NCBI GenBank assembly: GCA_030038765.1
Contig: JASHRA010000022.1
Location: 1 to 33,489 of the forward strand
Source of the DNA: Candidatus Dormiibacterota bacterium
Lineage (GTDB): Bacteria; Chloroflexota; Dormibacteria; Aeolococcales; Bog-877
DNA length: 33,489 bases
Direction: 5' to 3'
The position numbers and the translations under genes are program-made. This document shows positions 24,922 to 32,709 of this stretch, one piece after another. How positions within the stretch are numbered: the first letter of the stretch is position 1; the number at the start of each line of letters is the position of its first letter. Under the pieces are notes generated by a model. That model saw only the letters and a program-made list of their open reading frames with translations, did no database searches and was not told where the DNA came from.

Positions 24922-25434
24922 GTGAAGTTTCAGCCCGGTGGGACCAGTGGGGAGGCTGGCTCAGACTCCGTCGACGCCCTCGTCGAACGCATGCTCGAGC
25001 TCCAGCCGCGGCTCCAGCGCGCCCTGGAGGTGACCATCCCGGAGGAGGTGGCCCGCCAGCTCGGCTCGATCACGCTGCACCAGCTCCAGGCGCTGGCCTG
25101 CCTCCCGCCTGAGGGCACCACCATGCGCCACTTCGCCGAGGCGGTGGGCATCAGCGGCGCGGCCGCCACCGCCCTGGCCAACCGGATGATCCGCCAGGGC
25201 CTGGCCGAGCGGCGCGACGACCCGGCCGACCGCCGCACCGTCTGGCTGGCGCCCACGCTGCACGCGGCCCGGACCCTGGAGGCCTTCCGCTCCTGGCAGC
25301 GGGATTCGCTGTCGGCCCTGCTCGACCGCCTCGACCCGACCCAGATCGAGACCTTCCTCGAGGTCCTGGACAGCCTCACCAAGAGCGTCCCCGACCAGCT
25401 CGAGGACGAAGGCGAGTCGTCTCCCGAGAACTGA
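24922..25434 (+). CDS. MarR-family transcriptional regulator
   Basis: In frame with track ORF 24625..25434. The winged-HTH region is TMRHFAEAVGISGAAATALANRMIRQGLAERRDDPADRRTVWLAPT. The start is GTG 24922 or ATG 24991. Confidence 0.8.
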   Translation: MKFQPGGTSGEAGSDSVDALVERMLELQPRLQRALEVTIPEEVARQLGSITLHQLQALACLPPEGTTMRHFAEAVGISGAAATALANRMIRQGLAERRDDPADRRTVWLAPTLHAARTLEAFRSWQRDSLSALLDRLDPTQIETFLEVLDSLTKSVPDQLEDEGESSPEN

Positions 25435-25441
25435 CCCGGCG

Positions 25442-26065
25442 CTAGGCGGTGGCGGCCGAGGGCACCACCGCGCGCCGGCGCCGCGGCCTCTGGGGAGCCA
25501 GGCGGAGGGTCTCCTCCGCGCCCAGCGCCCGGGCCCCCCGGAGGCCCCGCACGGCGCGGTGGACGAGGAGCTTGACGGCCTCCACGCTGCGCCCCATCCG
25601 CCAGGCTATCTCGCGCAGCTCGAGCTGCTCCCCGTAGCGCAGCCAGAGGGCGCGGCGCTGGGAGGCGGGAAGCTGCCGGGAGAGGGCCCAGACCTGGCGC
25701 GCCAGCTCCCGGGAGACCACCACCTCGGCCGGGTTGGGGCCCGGGTCGGCGACCAGCTCCGCCTCGCTCAACTGCTGGCTGGGCCGGGCCGCCCGGTAGT
25801 GGTCCGCCACCCGGTGGGCGGCGATGGTGTAGAGCCAGGGCAGCGCCGAGTCGCGCATCGGTCGGTAGTTGCCGAGGCCCGCCACGGCGCGGCAGAAGAC
25901 GTCACCGACGAGGTCCTCCGCCTCCGTCGAGCTGCCCACCCGGGCCCGGACGTAGCGGTAGACGTCGCCGTAGTGGTCGAGGTAGATGTGCTCCGCCGTT
26001 TCGACGGGAGTCCCCGTGCCGCTCACCGGAGAGACGCCGCTCAGCTCTAGACCGCCCACGCTCAT
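25442..26065 (-). CDS. ECF-type sigma-70 family RNA polymerase sigma factor
   Basis: Track ORF 25442..26161; ATG 26065 follows SD AGGAGGTG (6 nt). Region 2 (YRYVRARVG...EDLVGDVF) and region 4 (LPASQRRALWLRYGEQLELREIAWRMGRSVEAVKLLVHRA) are present. Confidence 0.85.
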   Translation of the reverse strand: MSVGGLELSGVSPVSGTGTPVETAEHIYLDHYGDVYRYVRARVGSSTEAEDLVGDVFCRAVAGLGNYRPMRDSALPWLYTIAAHRVADHYRAARPSQQLSEAELVADPGPNPAEVVVSRELARQVWALSRQLPASQRRALWLRYGEQLELREIAWRMGRSVEAVKLLVHRAVRGLRGARALGAEETLRLAPQRPRRRRAVVPSAATA

Positions 26066-26246
26066 CGGCAGCACCTCCTGTACCACGCGTCGTCGGTTCC
26101 CGGCTACGACGTGGTGCAACCCTAGCACGAGCGACACCATGCGTGCGCTAAGAAAACCCATAAAAAGATGCGTTTCATGCTAGAGAAAGTACGTAGGCAA
26201 GATGGTGCGCCGGCAGTCATTTTCAGGTCCCAGAAAGTAAGCGCCA

Positions 26247-26293
26247 CGAACCTTTCGAAGTGCGCCGCCGCTGCGCCAAGAGTGAAAGGTTCG
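26247..26293. repeat. 10-bp perfect inverted repeat with a 27-nt spacer inside the low-GC intergenic region
   Basis: CGAACCTTTC (26247-26256) and GAAAGGTTCG (26284-26293). The spacer contains GCGC...GCGC. Confidence 0.6.
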
Positions 26294-26366
26294 CCCTCTG
26301 AAATATGTCGCGCGCTCACTGCTCACGTCCGTTAGCAGTCCATTGCTGGCGTTTTCACTGATTTTC

Positions 26367-26391
26367 GAAACCGGGCGCCAGGGCAGGCGTT
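26367..26391 (+). promoter_or_regulatory. ECF-sigma-type promoter candidate (GAAAC-N16-CGTT)
   Basis: tcGAAACc, then 16 nt, then CGTTa. It lies ~85 nt upstream of the 26477 gene and points away from the ECF sigma gene. Confidence 0.35.
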
Positions 26392-26476
26392 AGTCGGGGC
26401 AAGACGAGCGCGCGATGTCCGGAACGAGCCGTTCCAGCGATGGCCGTGCTCGACGGGAGATGAGGAGGAAGTGAGA

Positions 26477-26965
26477 GTGGCAACCGCGATGAGAAGCGAT
26501 CGCTTGGGCGGGCCGGGGATCGCCTTCGGCGCCATGCCCCTGGGCCGCGGGCCGGTGGACGTCGCCAGCTGGGAGATCAGGGGCGCGCTCCAGAGAGGCC
26601 TGCAGCGGCGCGTGCTGAGGACCCACCGCCGGCGCTGCCTGGAGGCCATCGACGGCTGCCTCAACCGGCTCGAGGAGCTCCACCTGAAAGGGGCCCAGAT
26701 CGCCCGCCGCGACGGCTGCCGCAAGGTGGTGGCCAGCCTCGCGGCCGAGGTCGGAGAGCAGCCGCCCGAAGCGGTCCAGACGGCGCGCACCTCGTACGAC
26801 CTGCACTCGGCCCTGTTGAACTGGCAGTCCGCCGTGCTGGACGCCATCGTCCCGCGCCGGCGCGAGCGCTTCCCGGATCTCAACCTGGAGCTGGACGAGT
26901 GGCCCCGGCCCCGGCGCCGGCACCGCCGCCACCGCGCCCTCGAGACCCAGCAGGCCAGCGCCTGA
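26477..26965 (+). CDS. Hypothetical soluble Cys/His-containing protein with an Arg-rich tail
   Basis: Track ORF 26471..26965. SD GAGGAGGAA abuts GTG 26471, and the spacing is better for GTG 26477. G/C third positions are strong. Contains THRRRCLEAIDGC. No TM segment. Confidence 0.6.
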   Translation: MATAMRSDRLGGPGIAFGAMPLGRGPVDVASWEIRGALQRGLQRRVLRTHRRRCLEAIDGCLNRLEELHLKGAQIARRDGCRKVVASLAAEVGEQPPEAVQTARTSYDLHSALLNWQSAVLDAIVPRRRERFPDLNLELDEWPRPRRRHRRHRALETQQASA

Positions 26966-26971
26966 CCTGAC

Positions 26972-28018
26972 TTGAGTCGCGGGCGTCGGGCGCCCCGGAA
27001 CCGGGGCGTCCGGCCGCTCGCCGGGCACCCACGGCTCCGCCGCCTGCTCCCCTACCTGCTGGCGGCGGCCGTCGTCCTGGCCCTGGTTCTGCTGGCCCAG
27101 CCGGCGCTGCTGGCCCGGGCCGCCAGCCGCTTCCAGCCCATCTACGCGCCCGCCGTGGCCGCGCTCTCGCTCCTCTACTACGGCCTCCAGGGGCTGCGCT
27201 GGCACCCCCTGCTGCGGGCCGCCGGCATCCGCCTCTCCTGGTCCCGGGCCGTGGTCCTCAACCTGGCTGGCCAGGCGGCCGGGCTGCTCCCGGGCGGGGA
27301 GCTGACCCGCGCCGTGCTGGTCAGCGAGGTGAGCGGGAAGGAGCTGGCCGACGCCGTCTCCACGATCACGGTCCAGGAGCTGATCTCCACCCTCGTGGTG
27401 ATCGCCGTCGCCGCCCCGGCGGCGGCCACGCGGCCGCTGGCGGCGCTGGGCGTGGGCCTGGCCCTGGCGGGCACTCTGCTGGCGCTGCTGGTGCTCGCCT
27501 GGGGGCGTGCCTTCGAGGTCGTCCTGCGCCTGGTCGGGCGCCTGCCCCTGCTGCGTCGCCTCGCCCCCGAGCTGGAGCGCCTCCGTGACCAGACGGTGCG
27601 CCTGCTCACGCGCTGGGACACGCTCTGGTGGTCCGCCCTCAACGTCCTCCAGGTGGCGGTGACCGTGACCATGTTCTGGCTCCTGCTCCGGGGCCTGGGA
27701 CTCGGTCTCGGCTGGCCGGTGGCGGCCCTCATCTACGCCGCCGCCCACCTCGCTGGCGCCGTCTCCCTCAGCCCGGGCGGCCTGGGCGGCTTCGAGGCCG
27801 CCTGCGTCGCCCTCCTGCTGGGCTTCGGGGTCCCGCTCGACCTGGCGGTGGCGGCGGCCCTGCTGCAGCGCCTCGCCGACAAGGGGCTGGGCACGCTCTT
27901 CGGCGTCGCCGCCTACGCCTGGGCCCGGCGCGCCTACCACCTGGAGGCGCGCCGGGTGGTACTGGGGCGGGTGAGGGACGGGGGCGGGAGCGACCGGCGG
28001 GCGTCCCGGGAGGCGTAA
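26972..28018 (+). CDS. Polytopic membrane protein, LPG-synthase-TM / UPF0104 (flippase-like) family
   Basis: 348 aa with a TTG start 6 nt after the upstream stop. It has about 8 hydrophobic helices and an Arg-rich N-terminus. GLRWHPLL and PGGLGGFEA motifs resemble the family. The family call is tentative. Confidence 0.6.
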   Translation: MSRGRRAPRNRGVRPLAGHPRLRRLLPYLLAAAVVLALVLLAQPALLARAASRFQPIYAPAVAALSLLYYGLQGLRWHPLLRAAGIRLSWSRAVVLNLAGQAAGLLPGGELTRAVLVSEVSGKELADAVSTITVQELISTLVVIAVAAPAAATRPLAALGVGLALAGTLLALLVLAWGRAFEVVLRLVGRLPLLRRLAPELERLRDQTVRLLTRWDTLWWSALNVLQVAVTVTMFWLLLRGLGLGLGWPVAALIYAAAHLAGAVSLSPGGLGGFEAACVALLLGFGVPLDLAVAAALLQRLADKGLGTLFGVAAYAWARRAYHLEARRVVLGRVRDGGGSDRRASREA

Positions 28019-28081
28019 CTGCGGCTGTCGGGGGCGGTTAGTCAGGCTGTTCGCGAGCGGGGCCGGTACCCCTCCGGTACC

Positions 28082-28273
28082 ATGGCCTCGGCTCTGATGA
28101 AGGAGGGTCGGGTTTCCGTGCTAGCCGTGCTTCTCTTCCTGCTCCTCGTGGCCATCCTCTTCGGCCTCGGGGTCGCCGTCCACCTCTTCTGGATCATCGC
28201 CATCGTGGCCCTGGCCCTCTGGCTGCTGGGCTTCCTCTTCCGCCCCCACGGGGGACGCTGGTACCGCTGGTAG
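28082..28273 (+). CDS. Tiny membrane protein, lmo0937/DUF5670-like
   Basis: Two helices ending in LALWLLGFLF. The real start may be GTG 28118, downstream of AAGGAGGG. Confidence 0.55.
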   Translation: MASALMKEGRVSVLAVLLFLLLVAILFGLGVAVHLFWIIAIVALALWLLGFLFRPHGGRWYRW

Positions 28274-28280
28274 CGGGCCC

Positions 28281-29369
28281 TCAGCGGGCCGCCATCACCT
28301 CGCGGTAGACGCCCCGCGTGAGGGCGGCCATGCGTGAGGCGGTGAAGCGCTGGCGCACCCGCTCCACGCCTGCGGCGCTGATCGCCGCGTAGCGCTCGGG
28401 GGCGCCCAGCAGGCCCTGGCTGACGCTGGCCAGCGCGGCCGGGTTGGCCGGGCTCACCACCAGGCCGGCGCGGGGCGGGTCGAGGATCTCGGGCAGGCCC
28501 CCGACCCGGCTCGCCACCACCGGCAGGCCCGAGCTCATGGCCTCGCAGGCGACGAGGCCGAAGGGCTCGGCCCGGGAGGGCACCCAGGCCAGGTCGCAGC
28601 CGGCGAAGAAGGCGTCACGGTCGCTGACCTCGCCCACGAAGTCCACCCTGTCGGCCACGCCGGCGGTGTAGGCGAGGTCGACGAGGCGGGCCAGCTCCGG
28701 TCCCGCGCCCCCCACCCGCAGGCTCAGGCCCTGCCCGGCAGCGGTGCTGAGGGCGAGGACGGCGATGTCCACCCCCTTGGACTGGCCCAGCTGGGCCAGC
28801 ACCCCGGCGCGGCGCCCTCTGGGCCCGGGGCGGACCCGGGCGGTGAGGGGCACGATGCCGTTGGGGATCACCCGCAGGCGCCGCGTGTCCGCGCCCGTCT
28901 CGCCGGTGAGGAATTCGGCGACGGCGTTGGAGACGGCGATCTGGAGGGACGCGGACCGGGCCAGCCGGTGCATCTCCAGGCGGTGCAGGGCGAGCCGGGC
29001 CGGACTGGCCGTGAACCAGCCGTCCAGGTGCTGGGTGTGGACCTGGGGGGCCCCGGGGTGGGCGCGCCGCACCAGGGCCCCGGCCCGCAGTCCGTGGCTG
29101 TGGACGACCTGGGCCCCGAAGCGGCGCGCCAGCTGGCGCAGCCGGATGGGGGCGGCCGCCCCGGCCCGCCCCCGCATGGACATCGGGGCCACCGGGATGC
29201 CGGCCCCCCGACAGCGCTCCGCCAGCGTCCCCGGCGGGCAGGCGACGAGCGTCTCCCAGCCCGACTCGGAGAGCTCGCGGGCCAGGGTCAGGACGTGCTC
29301 CGGCCCGCCGCTGCGGGAGCTGTCCGCGATCACCAGCAGCACCCGCGACTCGCCGCTCACCGCGGCCAT
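28281..29369 (-). CDS. GT4-family glycosyltransferase
   Basis: 362 aa with SD GGAGGAGGTG upstream. The Ex7E region is [27 protein letters not shown]. Confidence 0.85.
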   Translation of the reverse strand: MAAVSGESRVLLVIADSSRSGGPEHVLTLARELSESGWETLVACPPGTLAERCRGAGIPVAPMSMRGRAGAAAPIRLRQLARRFGAQVVHSHGLRAGALVRRAHPGAPQVHTQHLDGWFTASPARLALHRLEMHRLARSASLQIAVSNAVAEFLTGETGADTRRLRVIPNGIVPLTARVRPGPRGRRAGVLAQLGQSKGVDIAVLALSTAAGQGLSLRVGGAGPELARLVDLAYTAGVADRVDFVGEVSDRDAFFAGCDLAWVPSRAEPFGLVACEAMSSGLPVVASRVGGLPEILDPPRAGLVVSPANPAALASVSQGLLGAPERYAAISAAGVERVRQRFTASRMAALTRGVYREVMAAR

Positions 29370-29413
29370 TGTTTCACCTCCTCCGGCGGCGACCGGCTAC
29401 CATCGGTCGGATC

Positions 29414-31219
29414 TTGAGCGCCCGTGCCGCGGCCGAGGAGCACGTGCTGGTGGCCGTGGCCTGGCCCTACGCCAGCGGGCCCCGCCACATCGGGCACGTG
29501 GCCGGCTTCGGGGTCCCCTCCGACATCTTCGCCCGCTACCAGCGGCTTCGGGGCGCCCGGGTGCTGATGGTCAGCGGCACCGACGAGCACGGCACCCCGA
29601 TCCTGGTCGCCGCCGACCGCGAGGGGGTCAGCCCGAGGGCCATCGCCGACCGCTACAACTGGGTCATCGCCGAGGACCTGCTCCGCCTCGGCCTCAGCTA
29701 CGACCTCTTCACCCGCACCACCACCGCCAACCACGCGGCCGTGGTCCAGGACGTCTTCCGCACCCTCCACGACAAGGGCTACCTGATCCGGCGCAGCCAG
29801 CTGGGCGCCTTCTCCGCCGCCAGCGGCCGGGCCCTCCCCGACCGCTACATCGAGGGAACCTGCCCCCACTGCGGCTTCGAGGGGGCGCGCGGCGACCAGT
29901 GCGACAACTGCGGCCGGCTGCTGGAGCCGACCGAGCTGCTCTCGCCCCGCTCCCGCATCGACGGGCAGCCACCCGTCTTCCACGAGTCGGAGCACTTCTT
30001 CCTCGACCTGCCCGCCTTCCGCTCCGCGCTCACCGAGTGGCTGGAGGCGCAGCACGAGTGGCGGGCCAACGTCCGCAACTTCTCGCTCAAGCTGGTCGCG
30101 GAGCTGCAGCCGAGGGCCGTGACCCGCGACATCGACTGGGGGGTGCGGATCCCGCTGGAGGGCTTCTCGGAGCGCTCCGACAAGCTCATCTACGTCTGGT
30201 TCGACGCCGTCATCGGCTATCTCTCGGCGGCCCTCGAGTGGGCCCGGCTGGAGGGCGAGCCGGAGGCCTGGCGGGCCTGGTGGCAGGACCCCGGGGCGGA
30301 GCACTTCTACTTCATGGGCAAGGACAACATCATCTTCCACACCGTCATCTGGCCCAGCATGCTGCTGGGCTACGGCAGCGGCGGCGAGGTGGCCGGCGGA
30401 CCCCCCAACCTGCCCCTGGTCCTGCCCCGCAACGTGGTGAGCAGCGAGTTCCTCACCGTCGAGGGCCAGAAGTTCTCCAGCAGCCGGGGCGTGGTCATCG
30501 AGGTGCGCGACTTCCTGAGCCGCTACGACCCCGACGCCCTGCGCTACTACCTGGCCGCCGCCGGGCCCGAGACCCAGGACACCGACTTCACCTGGTCCGA
30601 GTTCATCCGCCGCAACAACGACGAGCTGGTGGCGACCTGGGGCAACCTCGTCAACCGCACCCTCACCATCGCCCACCGCCACTTCGGCGAGGTCCCGGCT
30701 CCGGGGCCCCTCACCGAGGCCGACCGGGCCCTGCTGGAGCGGGTCGAGGGCGGCTTCGCCAGCGCCGGCGCGCTGCTCGGGGAGGCTCGCTTCAAGGCCG
30801 CGCTGGGCGAGGTCATGGGGCTCGCCGCCCAGGTCAACCAGTACCTCGCCGAGAACCAGCCCTGGCACCTCGTCGCCTCGGACCGGGAGCGGGCCGCGAC
30901 CGTGCTCTACCAGGCCATCCGCTGCATCGACGACCTCAAGGTCCAGCTGCTCCCCTTCCTGCCCTTCAGCTGCCAGCGCCTCCACCGCATGCTGGGGGCG
31001 GAGGGCGTGATCGCGCCCATGCCCAGCCTCCGGGAGGTGGGCCCGGTGGACGACCCCCACCTGGTCCTGACCGGCGACTACCGCGCCCAGGGCGTCTCCT
31101 GGGCTCCCACCGAGGTCCCGCCGGGGCGGCCCCTGCCCCCGCCCGAGCCGCTCTTCCGCAAGCTGGACCCGGGCCTGGCCGAGGAGGAGCTGGCCCGGAT
31201 GGCGGGCGACGGGGCCTAG
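29414..31219 (+). CDS. metG: Methionine--tRNA ligase
   Basis: [16 protein letters not shown] (HIGH motif), Zn knuckle CPHCG...CDNCG, and KFSSSRG (KMSKS motif). TTG 29414 is preferred over the track start at 29369, which lies on the GT4 gene's SD/start. Confidence 0.9.
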   Translation: MSARAAAEEHVLVAVAWPYASGPRHIGHVAGFGVPSDIFARYQRLRGARVLMVSGTDEHGTPILVAADREGVSPRAIADRYNWVIAEDLLRLGLSYDLFTRTTTANHAAVVQDVFRTLHDKGYLIRRSQLGAFSAASGRALPDRYIEGTCPHCGFEGARGDQCDNCGRLLEPTELLSPRSRIDGQPPVFHESEHFFLDLPAFRSALTEWLEAQHEWRANVRNFSLKLVAELQPRAVTRDIDWGVRIPLEGFSERSDKLIYVWFDAVIGYLSAALEWARLEGEPEAWRAWWQDPGAEHFYFMGKDNIIFHTVIWPSMLLGYGSGGEVAGGPPNLPLVLPRNVVSSEFLTVEGQKFSSSRGVVIEVRDFLSRYDPDALRYYLAAAGPETQDTDFTWSEFIRRNNDELVATWGNLVNRTLTIAHRHFGEVPAPGPLTEADRALLERVEGGFASAGALLGEARFKAALGEVMGLAAQVNQYLAENQPWHLVASDRERAATVLYQAIRCIDDLKVQLLPFLPFSCQRLHRMLGAEGVIAPMPSLREVGPVDDPHLVLTGDYRAQGVSWAPTEVPPGRPLPPPEPLFRKLDPGLAEEELARMAGDGA

Positions 31220-31758
31220 CCGGGGAGGCGGACCCAGGTCCGCGCCGTGGCCACCGCCTGGAGCGGGTGGCGCAGCACCACCTGGAGCTGGCGCAGCGAC
31301 CCGAACTGGGCCAGCGGCAGGCGGATGACCTGGTACTCCATGGGGCCGATCACCTCGGGGCAGGCCTCGCCGGGGCGGAGGCGGTGGCGGGCGACGGTCA
31401 CCGTGAGCCGCCAGGCGGGGCCGCGGACGACCCCGGCCAGGTAGGCGCTGGGACAGCTGAGGCGGGCCAGCCGGAAGCCGACGTAGAGCTGGCCCGGCTC
31501 GGCGCTGGGGGCGAGGCCGGGCAGGGGACCGAAGGGGAAGCCCTGCTCGACGCGTTGGAGCGAGGTCGAGGCCAGGAGCGGGGGCGGGACGGTGGGGGCC
31601 CGGGCCATGGTGACGAAGACGTCCTGGTAGCGGGCGGCGGCGGCGGCGCTGACGGCGGCCGGCAGCGGGGCGAGCGCCAGGAGTCCGAGCCCCAGCCAGG
31701 CGCCCAGCAGCCTGCCCCGGGCCCGCGACCTCCTCCGCCGGGATGCCGTCACCACCAC
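31216..31758 (-). CDS. Secreted hypothetical protein with two Cys
   Basis: This is the C-terminal part of track ORF 31216..33438. GTG triplet at 31750-31758, then an [32 protein letters not shown] signal-like N-terminus. G/C third positions. No SD. Confidence 0.5.
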   Translation of the reverse strand: MVVTASRRRRSRARGRLLGAWLGLGLLALAPLPAAVSAAAAARYQDVFVTMARAPTVPPPLLASTSLQRVEQGFPFGPLPGLAPSAEPGQLYVGFRLARLSCPSAYLAGVVRGPAWRLTVTVARHRLRPGEACPEVIGPMEYQVIRLPLAQFGSLRQLQVVLRHPLQAVATARTWVRLPG

Positions 31759-31920
31759 GACCGGGAGACGCGAGCGGGGCCGGGGCGCGTTCCCGGGCAA
31801 CCGCTCACCGGGAGCGGCGGGCCAGCGAGCGGCCCCTCCGGGGCGCCCGGGGTGGAAAGAGGGTCCCCGCATGGGCAAGACTTGGCCCCGTCCGCCCGAG
31901 CCCGGCCCTGGAGGGACCCC

Positions 31921-32661
31921 TTGGATTTCTCGTCGGTGTCGGTACCACTGGCCATCGCCGCCGGGGCCACCTCCTTCGTCTCCCCCTGCGTGCTCCCCCT
32001 GGTGCCCTCCTACCTCGGCTTCCTGGCCCAGCAGGGGGCCGGCAGCCAGCTGGGACCGGCCTCGAGCCCGGGCCGGGGCCGCGTGGCCCTGGGATCGCTC
32101 GGCTTCATCCTCGGGCTGAGCCTCTTCCTGATCGCCTTCTTCTACGCCCTGTACCACCTCCTCCAGCCCTTCAAGCCGGTCGCGCTGCCGGTCCTGGGCT
32201 CGCTCGTCATCCTGCTCGGGCTCGGCTTCATGGGACTGCTCCGCCTCCCCTGGCTGGAGCGGGAGGCGCGCTGGCTGCCCAGCTCCTTCCGGGGCGGCGG
32301 CTTCCTCGCCGGCCTGCTCCTGGGGCTGGGGTTCGCGGCCGGCTGGACGCCCTGCATCGGGCCCGTCCTGGGAGCGGTGCTCACCTCCGGCGTGGAGCAG
32401 GGGACGACGGCGCGGGGGATGCTCCTGATCGCCGCCTACTGCCTCGGCCTGGGCGCGCCCTTCTTCGTGGCCGCGCTGCTGCTGGGACGGACCGCGCCCA
32501 TCCTCAGCCTGCTCAACCGGCGCCAGCACCTGATCTCGCTCCTGGGCGGGGCCCTGGTGGTCGCCATGGGCGTGCTGGTGGTGACCAACAACGTGCCCCT
32601 GCTCTACAACTGGTTCTCCGCCCACCTGCCCGCCTTCTACCGCGACCCCTTCGACCTCTGA
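31921..32661 (+). CDS. ccdA: Cytochrome c biogenesis / thiol-disulfide transporter CcdA (DsbD transmembrane domain)
   Basis: This is the last 247 codons of track ORF 28744..32661. TTG 31921 follows SD GGAGGGA. SFVSPCVLPLVPSYL and GWTPCIGPVLG are the two conserved Cys motifs. Confidence 0.85.
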   Translation: MDFSSVSVPLAIAAGATSFVSPCVLPLVPSYLGFLAQQGAGSQLGPASSPGRGRVALGSLGFILGLSLFLIAFFYALYHLLQPFKPVALPVLGSLVILLGLGFMGLLRLPWLEREARWLPSSFRGGGFLAGLLLGLGFAAGWTPCIGPVLGAVLTSGVEQGTTARGMLLIAAYCLGLGAPFFVAALLLGRTAPILSLLNRRQHLISLLGGALVVAMGVLVVTNNVPLLYNWFSAHLPAFYRDPFDL

Positions 32662-32709
32662 GACGGGCGCCGGGAGGTGCCCGGGTCCCGGGGTAGACTC
32701 GACGCTGAG

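Noticed and set aside
26122-26319. 65-aa minus-strand ORF inside the low-GC spacer
   Set aside because: Its codon usage is unlike every confident gene here (many A/T third positions). It has no SD and no recognisable motif, and it overlaps the 10-bp inverted repeat. I keep it only as a possibility under the low-GC island finding.
15843-26500. Genomic island integrated at tRNA-Phe (prompted by the ArdC-like gene, catalase remnant and low-GC spacer)
   Set aside because: No integrase, recombinase or transposase is present. By eye I found no direct repeat of the tRNA 3' end downstream. Most intervening genes have native-looking GC and codon bias. A computational att-repeat search would be needed to exclude it fully.
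29369-29413. TTG 29369 as the metG start
   Set aside because: It would begin on the last base of the divergent GT4 start codon and read through that gene's SD. MetRS homologs start only a few residues before the VAWPYA segment, so TTG 29414 fits better.
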